Below are positions 29,631 through 38,727 of a stretch of DNA of 64,000 nt, in pieces. The stretch is from positions 17,269 to 81,268 of the IMG/VR virus record IMGVR_UViG_3300005533_000009, one strand, 5' to 3'. A program made the translations under genes and the position numbers. The notes beneath the pieces were generated by a model, which worked only from the letters and a program-made list of their open reading frames with translations, searched no databases and was not told the origin of the DNA. This DNA comes from a virus. Within the stretch, counting starts at the first letter, position 1. Each line of letters starts with the position of its first letter.

Positions 29631-30368
29631 TTGCGTACTTTGATAGCAGTAGTGTCTGCTCGTCATCGCAGTGAATGGAGAAAAGCTATAAGAGAAACTT
29701 GGTTGCCATTAGTACCGATAACCAAGGCTGAAGTTAAGTTCTTTGTAGGCTCTGGGGATTCTCCCATAGAACCTGATGTTGTAGAACTTGATTGTGATGA
29801 TTCTTACCAAGGGCTTCCAGAGAAGATACGGGAGATAACCCGATGGGCGCTTAAGAATCAGTTTGACTATATGCTCAAATGTGATGATGACGTTATATTA
29901 AGGCCGGAAGGCATTCTTTACAGTGGTTACGAAAACCACCTTTACTCAGGCAAGACTAACAGATATCCCACCACAGAACAGCCCTTTCCTGTAACCGTGG
30001 GATTCAACTATTGGCTACACAAAGATGCCATGAAGTTAGTGTCTGAGCATGAATTACCTCCCGAGTTAGGGCCGGGAGTGAAAGACAACGATGATGAGAA
30101 GTGGGTAGCAGGAATAATGCACGACCATGGCATTAAGCTACATCACGACCATCGTTATGAGATTTATGGTGGGGAATTACCTGAAAAGGAACCCACTATA
30201 TTGTACCGTCCTTTACGTCCACCGAAAGTCAATTCTGAACAAAATCGGGAAGCGTTTAGCTGGACAATTTTTTTGGAAGCAAACAGCGGTAATGGAATAC
30301 CTTTAGATATAAAGATAAAAGAATTCTACAAGGTGTTTAATAAACTTTATAATAATCCCCAAGCTTAG
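29631..30368 (+). CDS. GT31/Fringe-like glycosyltransferase
   Basis: AIRETW...DSYQGLPEK...FDYMLKCDDDV; paralog of 19432. Confidence 0.75.
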   Translation: MRTLIAVVSARHRSEWRKAIRETWLPLVPITKAEVKFFVGSGDSPIEPDVVELDCDDSYQGLPEKIREITRWALKNQFDYMLKCDDDVILRPEGILYSGYENHLYSGKTNRYPTTEQPFPVTVGFNYWLHKDAMKLVSEHELPPELGPGVKDNDDEKWVAGIMHDHGIKLHHDHRYEIYGGELPEKEPTILYRPLRPPKVNSEQNREAFSWTIFLEANSGNGIPLDIKIKEFYKVFNKLYNNPQA

Positions 30369-30424
30369 CGGCTTGGTGTTAGGGAGAGGTAGTGCTGACA
30401 CATTATCTCTCCCGCCTTTGTCAG
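30359..30424 (+). promoter_or_regulatory. Hairpin + SD-proximal pseudoknot element 6
   Basis: CCAAGC-ttagcg-GCTTGG (upstream TAG stop lies in the loop); GGGAGAGGTAGTG-ctgaca-CATTATCTCTCCC; loop pairs with TGTCAG 30419-30424. Confidence 0.85.
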
Positions 30425-30433
30425 AAGGAACAT

Positions 30434-30910
30434 ATGAATCAAAATTACAATAAAACCCATTGTATTAGAAAGCATGAATTTACTGAAGAGAATACTTACG
30501 TATTTCCCAACGGTAAGCGTGCATGTAAAACTTGTAGGTTACTGTGGTATAAAAAGCACAGAGACGGTAACAAGGAAAAGCGTGCTATAAGCAAAAAGAA
30601 ATGGGATAATAACAATAAAACCCACACAAGAGAGTATCAACGAACAATAGAAAGAAAAAGAGTAGGTTGGACTAAAGAACTGTGGGATAGCACATTAAAA
30701 GAACAGAAAAGACGATGTGCTATTTGTAAACAATATCTAGAGTTGGAAGGTAAGGGTAAGAGAAGCGCAACAGCGGATCATATCCATGTCAATCCTCCGA
30801 TTCCTAGAGGTATTTTGTGTAGCCATTGTAATATGGGGTTGGGACTGTTTAAAGACAATCCCGCCATTTTAATAGAGGCAGCAAAATACGTCGAAAGACA
30901 CAAACCGTAA
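30434..30910 (+). CDS. Endonuclease VII-like homing endonuclease
   Basis: THCIRKHEFTEENTY module; CAIC...ADHIH...RGILCSHCNMGLG. Confidence 0.85.
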   Translation: MNQNYNKTHCIRKHEFTEENTYVFPNGKRACKTCRLLWYKKHRDGNKEKRAISKKKWDNNNKTHTREYQRTIERKRVGWTKELWDSTLKEQKRRCAICKQYLELEGKGKRSATADHIHVNPPIPRGILCSHCNMGLGLFKDNPAILIEAAKYVERHKP

Positions 30911-30959
30911 TTTAATTTACAGTATCCGGGGCAACATCTAGCCGGGGAAAGGAAAAACA

Positions 30960-31358
30960 ATGGCTTCAAATTTACCTTCAGTTACGTTTGCTGATTTATT
31001 TCCAACAGGCGTATCCATGGACTCTAAGACCATTACCATGTGGCAACAGCTACAAATTGGTGCTGGAGTTTATGCAGTAGGTGGAATTCCTGCTGGAGTA
31101 CAGAATTTGGCTGGACTTAAGACAATTGATTTCAGCACCTTCCTACAATCAACTGTAGTTAGCGAACTGACTGTACCTGCAACTGGAAGTACATATATTT
31201 ATCGTTATGTACCTTCCACTGATAAATTGCAGATTTTCCAGCAAACACTGTCAAATGGATCACAAACAGCATTTACGGAACTAACCGCATCTGCCGTGAT
31301 TCCATCCGGTGTTCTGAACGACACAATAGTCGGTGAGTTTATCTTCAACAGATTGTAA
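30960..31358 (+). CDS. Hypothetical virion protein
   Basis: ORF with AAGGA RBS among structural genes. Confidence 0.45.
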   Translation: MASNLPSVTFADLFPTGVSMDSKTITMWQQLQIGAGVYAVGGIPAGVQNLAGLKTIDFSTFLQSTVVSELTVPATGSTYIYRYVPSTDKLQIFQQTLSNGSQTAFTELTASAVIPSGVLNDTIVGEFIFNRL

Positions 31359-31375
31359 GTTATAGAAAACAAAGA

Positions 31376-31443
31376 ACTTAGGAGTAATTACCCTGAGTAG
31401 AGTTGGGCGGTACTCATAATGCCGCCCTTCTCGCCTTTATGAG
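31376..31443 (+). promoter_or_regulatory. Hairpin + SD-proximal pseudoknot element 7
   Basis: ACTTAGG-agtaattac-CCTGAGT; GGGCGGTA-ctcataa-TGCCGCCC; loop pairs with TTATGAG 31437-31443. Confidence 0.8.
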
Positions 31444-31452
31444 AGGAATTTT

Positions 31453-31938
31453 ATGGGAAGAACAAGACAAACACATTGCAAGAGAGGGCATGAATTTACG
31501 GAAGAGAATACTTATGTAGCTCCTCCTAATAAACAGCATCCCTATGGATTAAAGCAATGTAGAATATGTCGTACATTAAGAAATCAGAAACGAAGAGAAG
31601 ACCCTGTTGAGCGTGCTAAGATTAATGCTCGTAGCATTCAGTGGGCTTTAGATAATCCTGAAATAGTAAGAAAGCGCAGTAGAGAACATACGTGGAAAGA
31701 ATCAGGTTGGTTACCTGAGATGATTGAAGACAAGTTAAAAGAGCAAGATAATAAATGCGCTATCTGTCTTAAGAAGTTTACTGAAGAAGATGGTCCTCAT
31801 GCCGACCATGCTCATACTACACCTCCTAAACCAAGAGGTTTATTATGTGGAAAATGCAATAGAGGTATAGGCATGTTTAACGACAACCCTTTGCTTTTGC
31901 AATGGGCATCTCAATACATCTTGAAATACTCAAGCTAG
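31453..31938 (+). CDS. Endonuclease VII-like homing endonuclease
   Basis: THCKRGHEFTEENTY; QDNKCAIC...HADHAH...RGLLCGKCNRGIG. Confidence 0.85.
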   Translation: MGRTRQTHCKRGHEFTEENTYVAPPNKQHPYGLKQCRICRTLRNQKRREDPVERAKINARSIQWALDNPEIVRKRSREHTWKESGWLPEMIEDKLKEQDNKCAICLKKFTEEDGPHADHAHTTPPKPRGLLCGKCNRGIGMFNDNPLLLQWASQYILKYSS

Positions 31939-31989
31939 AAGGTTTCGTCACCGAAGTCGTGACCTTCTTTATAAATATAGGAGGTTACT

Positions 31990-34900
31990 TTGGGCCACAA
32001 CTTACAACAACTAGGTACTGCCGCTCTAGATATGATGGGCGGAATGATTACCTTAGCTAAACCAGAAGATTTGCCAGAAGGTGCATCTCCCCGTTGTCAA
32101 GACGTAGATTTTGACATCGGTTCAGTTCACACACGTCCCGGCTTGCTGTCTGTTTATACTTACGCTACAACTTTTAACATTACTTCTGTAGTAATCACCT
32201 ATGGTACGGCCACTGTTACTTATACAAATTCAGCCGGAACTCAACCTGTAGTAAACGAGCAGTTGCTCCTACAGGGATTTACAGGTGCATTGATTTTTTT
32301 GAACGGCCAAACAGTTGTAGTAGAATCAGTAACCGCAACGTCATTTACATTTGCAATTACTAGTCAAGATGTTTCTTTAACTGTAGTATCGGGTGCAACC
32401 GCTATCTCACTGACTGGTCAGTTTGCTGGTCCTAACGTACCAACTTTAGCAACAGATATTTCCGGTGGGTCTGCTCCTTGGGTATCTCCTAATAGCATTC
32501 TGGGAAATACAAGCTATGCATCATCAGCTACAGGCAGTACCGTAACGGCTCCCGGCGTTCCCGGTGCAGCCGCTAACGTAGATTCGGTTAGACCTTGGAC
32601 AAGCCCTTCTAACGTGTTTTCTACCTCTTTATTTGCCACAGTGTCATTATCCGCTGGGCAAACGTCTACAGCCATCCTAGCCAACGGAGTAGGGTATGCA
32701 ATACCTTCTAATGCCTCCGTAAAGGGCATTTCCTTGGCTTTTAAGGCATCAACGACAGGGGTAGCTGGTTCTGGCTCGATTAATATTCAATTAGCCCAGA
32801 ACGGCTCTCCTATAGGCACTGCGATCAACGTACCAATAAGCAACACTCCTAATACCTATACCCAAGGGTCTTCAGCTTATCAATGGGGTACAAATTTAAC
32901 CCCGGATATAGTTAATGGCACTGCTTTTGGTATTTTATTGGATGCTCAGCAGGGTACCGGATCAGGGGCGTTCTCAGTAAATAGCTTAACTGTTACTGTG
33001 TATTATACCACTGCATCATCATCTGATGCATTGCAGGCACAACAATTTGTATTCGTAATCCCTTCAACCTCTGGTATTTCAGGTTTTGGAGTAAGCTTTC
33101 AAGCATATTCAACGACAAATACCTCAGTTACTGTTCAGATGTTAAAGGGTGGATTGCCCGTAGGTACTGCAAAGACGCAAGTTTTAACTACAGTCCCTAC
33201 CATCTATTCTCTTGGTGCTTCCAACGATTTATGGGGTAATACATGGCTATTCTCAGACGTAAACTCTAATCAGTTTGGTATACAAATCACAGCTTCAGGC
33301 ACAGGTACAACGTTTATAAATGACGTTGACATGCTAGTTTATATTACTCCTGCTCTAGTGAATTTTAATTGGATTAAAACCTACGAGCAAGATGATGGTG
33401 ATATAAACACATTGGCCTTAGATGCTTCAGGAATTATTTGGATAGAAGATGTAATCAACAATGAAGGTGCGTTGTCAGTAGCTTTAACAGGCATTCTACC
33501 TAATTCATATGCAAAAAGCAGTACGATGTTTGATAGAGAGTATATTTGCTTTTCTAATGAATTTATAGGAAGTGATAGACCTAGAGTGTTTGATGGTACT
33601 AGTTTCTTACCACTATCAATGTATGCTCCCGGTGGTCAGTTAAGTGTTCAAGCTTCATCATCTGGAACTACTTCTAACCTTAACTTAACATCCTATGCTG
33701 TAACTGGTGGAGTAGCCACTTTCCAGTACACAGGTACTGAACCTGTAGCTGGTACGGTATATGTTCTAACCAACATTATACCTTCCGCAGCAGGAAGTAC
33801 TACAGACACATTAATTAATAATAAGCCTTTCATCATTTTGAGTAGTGGGTTATCTCCTACTCAATTTGAAATTTCTGTACCAAGTCATGCTAATTTAGGC
33901 TCAACTCCTTTGGTAAGCACTGCGACCGCAGTACTTGCTCAGAATTTTTCTATTAGCAGCATTATACAGTCCTACAGATTCGTATCCCCTCCACCACCGC
34001 CAACTAACGCTGGAAGTGGAAGCTACGGTACTCCGGGTACAGCAGAAGGGCCAAATCCTAAAGGTAAATGGCAGCAGTTGTTACAGAGCGCAGGACCGGG
34101 AAGTTCTCAGCCGGGAAGCGTTGTAACAGTGTATTATGCCAATGCATCCGTTGGTGGAGTTGGTATTCCCGGCGATGATAACCTAGTTGAACAATTTAAT
34201 CAAGGAATTCCTACATACGTCTATATCACTGGTACAGGCACCTATAATGGTACTTGGCAGGTAACTAGCGTAGGTATTGGCATTCCTCCCGGTGGTGCTG
34301 GCGAAAGATACTTCTTTACATTCAACTTCACTAGCTCTACACACTTTGTTACAAATTCAACGACTGGCATGACTTATCAAAGATCATTGGCAGTTGTGAA
34401 TACAACCACAGGTATTGCTGATCTACAAGCTGGATCACAAGTAACCATCACAGGGGAAACTCCTGCTGGATGGAATGCTACTTGGACAGTGGTACAGCCA
34501 TTGAATAGCGGTAGTTTGAACATTACTAACGCTGCTGTAAGTGGTGACGGAAGCACTATTACATTCCAGTATAACGTGGCAACTGGTGTAGCACCTAAGG
34601 CAAGCGAAATTGTAAAGGTAACTAACGTACTTGTAAACTCTGGAACAGAACTAAATGGCACTTATGTCATTCAGACATCCACGAATACAAGTCCCGGTAG
34701 TTTTACAGTTATTGCTCCTGCTGGTGCAACGGCTGGTGAGAGTGTAACACAAACAAACGCTCAAGCCGTTGTATACGGTACACAGTTTTTGATTGATCCC
34801 GGCTCAACAACAGTGGGAACTACTACCAATCCTATTTATGGCAGTGGAACTACTGGTACTCTTAACGTTATCGGTGCAACTCCTAGTGGGGGCACACAGA

Positions 34901-37065
34901 TATCAGCAGGTACTAGACAGGCTGTTTGCTTCTTTATAACTGATACCGGATATAACACCGCTCCTAATGTACCAGTAACTTTTGACGTAGCTTCGGGAAG
35001 TAACTCGATTGTAGTTAGCAATCTTCCTATAGGACCGCCTAACGTAATTGCCAGAGGTATCGCCATTACAGAGGCAGGGCAAAACGGTGTTCCGGGTGCT
35101 AATTTTTATGTAATTGAAAACGATGTAACTTCTACGATTGGTAATTCGGTGGTTACATTGGCAACATCCACAATTGTACGAGACAACACTACTCAAAGCG
35201 CAACCTTCTCATTCACTGATGCTGTTCTTCTTGAATCGAGAGAGATTGACATACAGGGTGACAACTTATTCAACTTGATTGAACTGGGAAGTTCAGCATG
35301 GTGTGTACCATATAAGAGCAGAATGTTCTACGGTATGCAATTGAATAAAGTACAGGGGTTCACAGCTATGGCATTTGATAGCTACGTAACTCCCGGTCAA
35401 CCTGCTGGTTGGAGTTCTCCCGGCATTGGTGGAACCCTAGTAACAAGTACTGTTACAGGTTTTGCTTATTCTATTAGTAACACTACAGGATCAACCATAG
35501 CTACGGCTGGATTAATTCAGCAGGGGGCTTATCAAGACTATTACGGAGTGCCGATTATAGAGCAGAATACTCTGTATTCAGTGCGAGTAGCGGCTAGAGC
35601 ACCATCAGGAAGTGCGATTGGGACTCTAGTTATAGACTTGTTTGATGGCTCAACGGTGTATGGTTCGTTCACTGTACCATTTTCACAAATGTCAACAATT
35701 ACGCAGGTATTCTCTGGTAGCTTGTTGACCAATCCATTTACTAGTGCGGTTAACCAAGGGGGTGCTCAAAGCACTTCTGGGTCTGTGCCAACAACCCTTG
35801 TTCTAAGAGTATATGCACAGAATCTGGGTAACGGAGCAAACGTAGAAATAGATAGAGTGGAAGTTTATCCGACCGAAACTCCATTTATTGAAGCTCAGGT
35901 TTATGGTTCTTATATTAACCTGCCCGAGTCTATAGACGCAAGTTCTAACGGAGGTATCATTGATACTTCGACCGAAAACAAGCAGCCTGTAACTGGGGCG
36001 TTTGTTATGCATGATCTGTTGTTCTTACTCAAGACTAAGAGCATGTATTCAGTGGAAGACAATGTAAACTCTGAACCCGGAGGTTGGGGATTAAAAGAAG
36101 TAAGTAATAGAGTGGGTTCTATTGGAATTCACGCTTATGATGTTGGTGAAGAGTGGGCGGTTATGGCTTGCCGAGAAGGTATCTTCGGATTCAATGGTGG
36201 ACAACCACAAAAGATGATGCAAGAAATCTGGCAAGTTTGGGAAGCTATTAATTGGGATGCTGGACATACTATCGTGTTAAGAAATGATATTATTAACAAG
36301 CGTATTCTATGTGCTATCCCTCTACCTACCGGAACCAACCCAACTACAGGTGTTAAAACTAAGTCAGTAGCTTGGTTACCTAATGCTACATATAATCCTA
36401 CACCAACCACACCAAACGTTATGCTGTGCTTAAACTATCAAGGTCTAGGCACATTCGAAGAGTTGGTAAGTGGAGCAGAAATGCACACTACCATGTTTGG
36501 TACGCTGGCTGCTGTAGATATGCGTAGAAAATGGACAATTTGGCAAATTCCATCACCTTATATGGACTTTGTAACAAGAAAGAATGGAATCGACGCACCG
36601 TTGTTTATTTGCAATGGTATTGATTCTTCTAAGGTTTATGAGCTAAGTACAGATCAACTCAGTGACGATGGAGTTGCAATCAATAGCTCATACACAACAT
36701 ACGGGTTCGTTAATGCTGAAAAAGCAGCTACAGTACCTATATTTGGATATCATACAAAGAGATACACTATTTTGCAGATTCTGGCTAGTGGAGCAGGAAC
36801 GGCTCAATTGCGTATTCTTCCAAATACGTTGGATGCTCGTTATCCATACACTGTACCTGTTGGTATCACACTAACTAGCCCAGAGCAAGATGATTTCTTT
36901 AGACCTATTAACGTAAAAGGAAACCGTGTATTCGTAGAGACATCTACTAATGCGGTCGGCGCTTGGTTTAGCCAAAGCAAAATAATGTTAACTGGTAAAG
37001 CAGATCATTGGTCAAGTCTCAACCCTACGGGTGGTGGGAACATTGGCATTACATCGTCTTCATAA
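31990..37065 (+). CDS. Large tail protein (nozzle/tail tubular B-like, with long Ser/Thr-rich insertions)
   Basis: 1691 aa; N-terminal PEDLPEGASPRCQDVDF..TRPG; precedes GNAT-like and ejection-like genes as in podoviral gene order. Confidence 0.55.
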   Translation: MGHNLQQLGTAALDMMGGMITLAKPEDLPEGASPRCQDVDFDIGSVHTRPGLLSVYTYATTFNITSVVITYGTATVTYTNSAGTQPVVNEQLLLQGFTGALIFLNGQTVVVESVTATSFTFAITSQDVSLTVVSGATAISLTGQFAGPNVPTLATDISGGSAPWVSPNSILGNTSYASSATGSTVTAPGVPGAAANVDSVRPWTSPSNVFSTSLFATVSLSAGQTSTAILANGVGYAIPSNASVKGISLAFKASTTGVAGSGSINIQLAQNGSPIGTAINVPISNTPNTYTQGSSAYQWGTNLTPDIVNGTAFGILLDAQQGTGSGAFSVNSLTVTVYYTTASSSDALQAQQFVFVIPSTSGISGFGVSFQAYSTTNTSVTVQMLKGGLPVGTAKTQVLTTVPTIYSLGASNDLWGNTWLFSDVNSNQFGIQITASGTGTTFINDVDMLVYITPALVNFNWIKTYEQDDGDINTLALDASGIIWIEDVINNEGALSVALTGILPNSYAKSSTMFDREYICFSNEFIGSDRPRVFDGTSFLPLSMYAPGGQLSVQASSSGTTSNLNLTSYAVTGGVATFQYTGTEPVAGTVYVLTNIIPSAAGSTTDTLINNKPFIILSSGLSPTQFEISVPSHANLGSTPLVSTATAVLAQNFSISSIIQSYRFVSPPPPPTNAGSGSYGTPGTAEGPNPKGKWQQLLQSAGPGSSQPGSVVTVYYANASVGGVGIPGDDNLVEQFNQGIPTYVYITGTGTYNGTWQVTSVGIGIPPGGAGERYFFTFNFTSSTHFVTNSTTGMTYQRSLAVVNTTTGIADLQAGSQVTITGETPAGWNATWTVVQPLNSGSLNITNAAVSGDGSTITFQYNVATGVAPKASEIVKVTNVLVNSGTELNGTYVIQTSTNTSPGSFTVIAPAGATAGESVTQTNAQAVVYGTQFLIDPGSTTVGTTTNPIYGSGTTGTLNVIGATPSGGTQISAGTRQAVCFFITDTGYNTAPNVPVTFDVASGSNSIVVSNLPIGPPNVIARGIAITEAGQNGVPGANFYVIENDVTSTIGNSVVTLATSTIVRDNTTQSATFSFTDAVLLESREIDIQGDNLFNLIELGSSAWCVPYKSRMFYGMQLNKVQGFTAMAFDSYVTPGQPAGWSSPGIGGTLVTSTVTGFAYSISNTTGSTIATAGLIQQGAYQDYYGVPIIEQNTLYSVRVAARAPSGSAIGTLVIDLFDGSTVYGSFTVPFSQMSTITQVFSGSLLTNPFTSAVNQGGAQSTSGSVPTTLVLRVYAQNLGNGANVEIDRVEVYPTETPFIEAQVYGSYINLPESIDASSNGGIIDTSTENKQPVTGAFVMHDLLFLLKTKSMYSVEDNVNSEPGGWGLKEVSNRVGSIGIHAYDVGEEWAVMACREGIFGFNGGQPQKMMQEIWQVWEAINWDAGHTIVLRNDIINKRILCAIPLPTGTNPTTGVKTKSVAWLPNATYNPTPTTPNVMLCLNYQGLGTFEELVSGAEMHTTMFGTLAAVDMRRKWTIWQIPSPYMDFVTRKNGIDAPLFICNGIDSSKVYELSTDQLSDDGVAINSSYTTYGFVNAEKAATVPIFGYHTKRYTILQILASGAGTAQLRILPNTLDARYPYTVPVGITLTSPEQDDFFRPINVKGNRVFVETSTNAVGAWFSQSKIMLTGKADHWSSLNPTGGGNIGITSSS

Positions 37066-37073
37066 ACCCCAAA

Positions 37074-37108
37074 GGAAGGGAGCCTAAAAAGCTCCCTTTC
37101 TATTTTAG
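37074..37108 (+). promoter_or_regulatory. Single hairpin with loop complementary to SD-proximal sequence
   Basis: GGAAGGGAGC-ctaaaaa-GCTCCCTTTC; loop can pair with TTTTAG 37103-37108 before GAGAG. Confidence 0.5.
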
Positions 37109-37116
37109 GAGAGTAT

Positions 37117-37755
37117 ATGGCTCAGCAGCACACAAATTTTGAAGCAGGTTCAGAACTTACATACCTATCTCAAAAAGACGCTTATTTAGGAAAGTTCTTG
37201 CGTAGATTAGTAGACGCTATGAATACATCGGCTCAAAATGCGGGAGTTTCGGCTGTTGGTAAGTTTCCTACCCCTCCTCCAGTAGATACAATAGATGTAC
37301 AAGGAACTTTCAGTTCCAACTCGAACACAATTACAACACCTTCAGAAATACTGCACTGGACGTTGACTCATAATCAGCAGATTCACAAGGGTATAAAATA
37401 TTTTACTGAAGTAGATACTGATCCAAGTTTCAGTAACCCTCATGTTATAGATCATGGGACTTCAAGATCAGGATTTTTAACACTGCCTACCATGGATAAT
37501 GATGGTGCAACACAGAATTATTACATGAGAAGTTATGCACAATATCCCGGCAGTGATCCTTCAGAAAAGACAATTTTAGGTGGTACTAACAATCCTACTG
37601 CCATCGTTATGACAGGTACAAGCAAAACTTCCCTGTTAACTTCTAAGGGCAGCGGTACTGCAAAAGCAGATGGTCAGCAAGGTGGTCAAGGTTTAGGTAA
37701 AGTTCTTACTCGTCCTGCAACGGGGCCGAAAAGATCGGTGGTACAGCATTCATGA
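37117..37755 (+). CDS. Hypothetical tail-associated protein
   Basis: Context only. Confidence 0.45.
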   Translation: MAQQHTNFEAGSELTYLSQKDAYLGKFLRRLVDAMNTSAQNAGVSAVGKFPTPPPVDTIDVQGTFSSNSNTITTPSEILHWTLTHNQQIHKGIKYFTEVDTDPSFSNPHVIDHGTSRSGFLTLPTMDNDGATQNYYMRSYAQYPGSDPSEKTILGGTNNPTAIVMTGTSKTSLLTSKGSGTAKADGQQGGQGLGKVLTRPATGPKRSVVQHS

Positions 37756-37787
37756 GTGCGTTAGTGCGAGACTATAACCACAAATAT

Positions 37788-37859
37788 TCTAAGGCTTAGC
37801 GGCTTTAGATTAGAGGGGGAGGAATGCCATCTACATTCCTCTTTCTCGCCTTTAGATGG
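37788..37859 (+). promoter_or_regulatory. Hairpin + SD-proximal pseudoknot element 8
   Basis: TCTAAGGC-ttagcg-GCTTTAGA; GAGGGGGAGGAATG-ccatcta-CATTCCTCTTTCTC; loop pairs with TAGATGG 37853-37859. Confidence 0.85.
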
Positions 37860-37868
37860 AAGGAAAAT

Positions 37869-38315
37869 ATGAATAAAACAGAGTACATGAAAAAATGGCG
37901 CAAAGAGAATCCAGATTATTTTAAAAATCTTATGAGACGATGGAGAAAAAAGCATCCCATCAAAAATCGTAGAATTTGGAAAAAATCTGCGAAAAAGCAT
38001 AGAAAAAAGCGCCTAATAGCTGCTAAAGAGCGTAGAAAATTAATAAAACATAAAGTATTAAAACATTACGGCAAACATGGAAAATTAATGTGTAAGTGGA
38101 GAGGGTGTTGTATTTCAGATATTGATATGCTTTCTATAGATCATATAAATGACGATGGAGCAAAACATAGAAAGTCTAAATACAAAAGAAGAGATTGGGG
38201 CGGTATAAATTTATATGAGACTCTCGTTAAGAAAGATTTTCCAGAAGGTTATCAAACTTTATGTATGAATCATCAGTTCAAAAAGCAAGCACTAAAAAAT
38301 CTCAAGGAACAATAA
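37869..38315 (+). CDS. HNH-like homing endonuclease
   Basis: CKWRGC...LSIDHINDDG...YQTLCMNH; paralog of 7877. Confidence 0.75.
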   Translation: MNKTEYMKKWRKENPDYFKNLMRRWRKKHPIKNRRIWKKSAKKHRKKRLIAAKERRKLIKHKVLKHYGKHGKLMCKWRGCCISDIDMLSIDHINDDGAKHRKSKYKRRDWGGINLYETLVKKDFPEGYQTLCMNHQFKKQALKNLKEQ

Positions 38316-38716
38316 TTAGAGATTACGTTCATGAAACTGATTTTGAAGCAGTAAAGAAAATCCATGATAGCACTGAGATAGACTATCAAATGCCCGACCT
38401 ATCCTCTAAACTTTGGTTGGTTACAAAAGTATTAGAAGTTGATGGAATAGTAAGAACTGCGTTAGGTACTTATATACAAGTAGAATTATACTTGTGGATG
38501 GACAAATCAGATTGGGCCAGCCCTGAAGAAAAGCACCTAGCAATTAAGTTGATTGAAGAAGAAACATTAAACGAAGCGTGGCTTAGAGGGGTAGATCAAG
38601 CCGTATTGTGGTTACCTCCCGGTATGGAACGCTTTGGAAAAAGATTAGAAACAGATTTTGGATTTACACCAGATAGGGATGGGTGGAAGTCGTACTCAAG
38701 ACCCACAAAAATATGA
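38261..38716 (+). CDS. GNAT-like protein (start uncertain)
   Basis: IRDYVHETDFEAVKKI N-terminus and FGF near C-terminus; located between nozzle-like and ejection-like genes. Confidence 0.45.
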   Translation: MYESSVQKASTKKSQGTIIRDYVHETDFEAVKKIHDSTEIDYQMPDLSSKLWLVTKVLEVDGIVRTALGTYIQVELYLWMDKSDWASPEEKHLAIKLIEEETLNEAWLRGVDQAVLWLPPGMERFGKRLETDFGFTPDRDGWKSYSRPTKI

Positions 38717-38727
38717 GAGGGAACGAA

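Noticed and set aside
30359-37810. T4 gene 60-style ribosomal bypassing at GCT-TAG hairpin loops
   Set aside because: The gap would be several hundred nucleotides, no matched landing codon was identified, and the TAG in element 4 is out of frame; mentioned only as a remote option.
593-37859. Reading the eight elements as ordinary Rho-independent terminators or a dispersed DNA repeat
   Set aside because: They lack consistent U tails, share little primary sequence, and all keep exact loop-to-downstream complementarity, which a terminator does not need.
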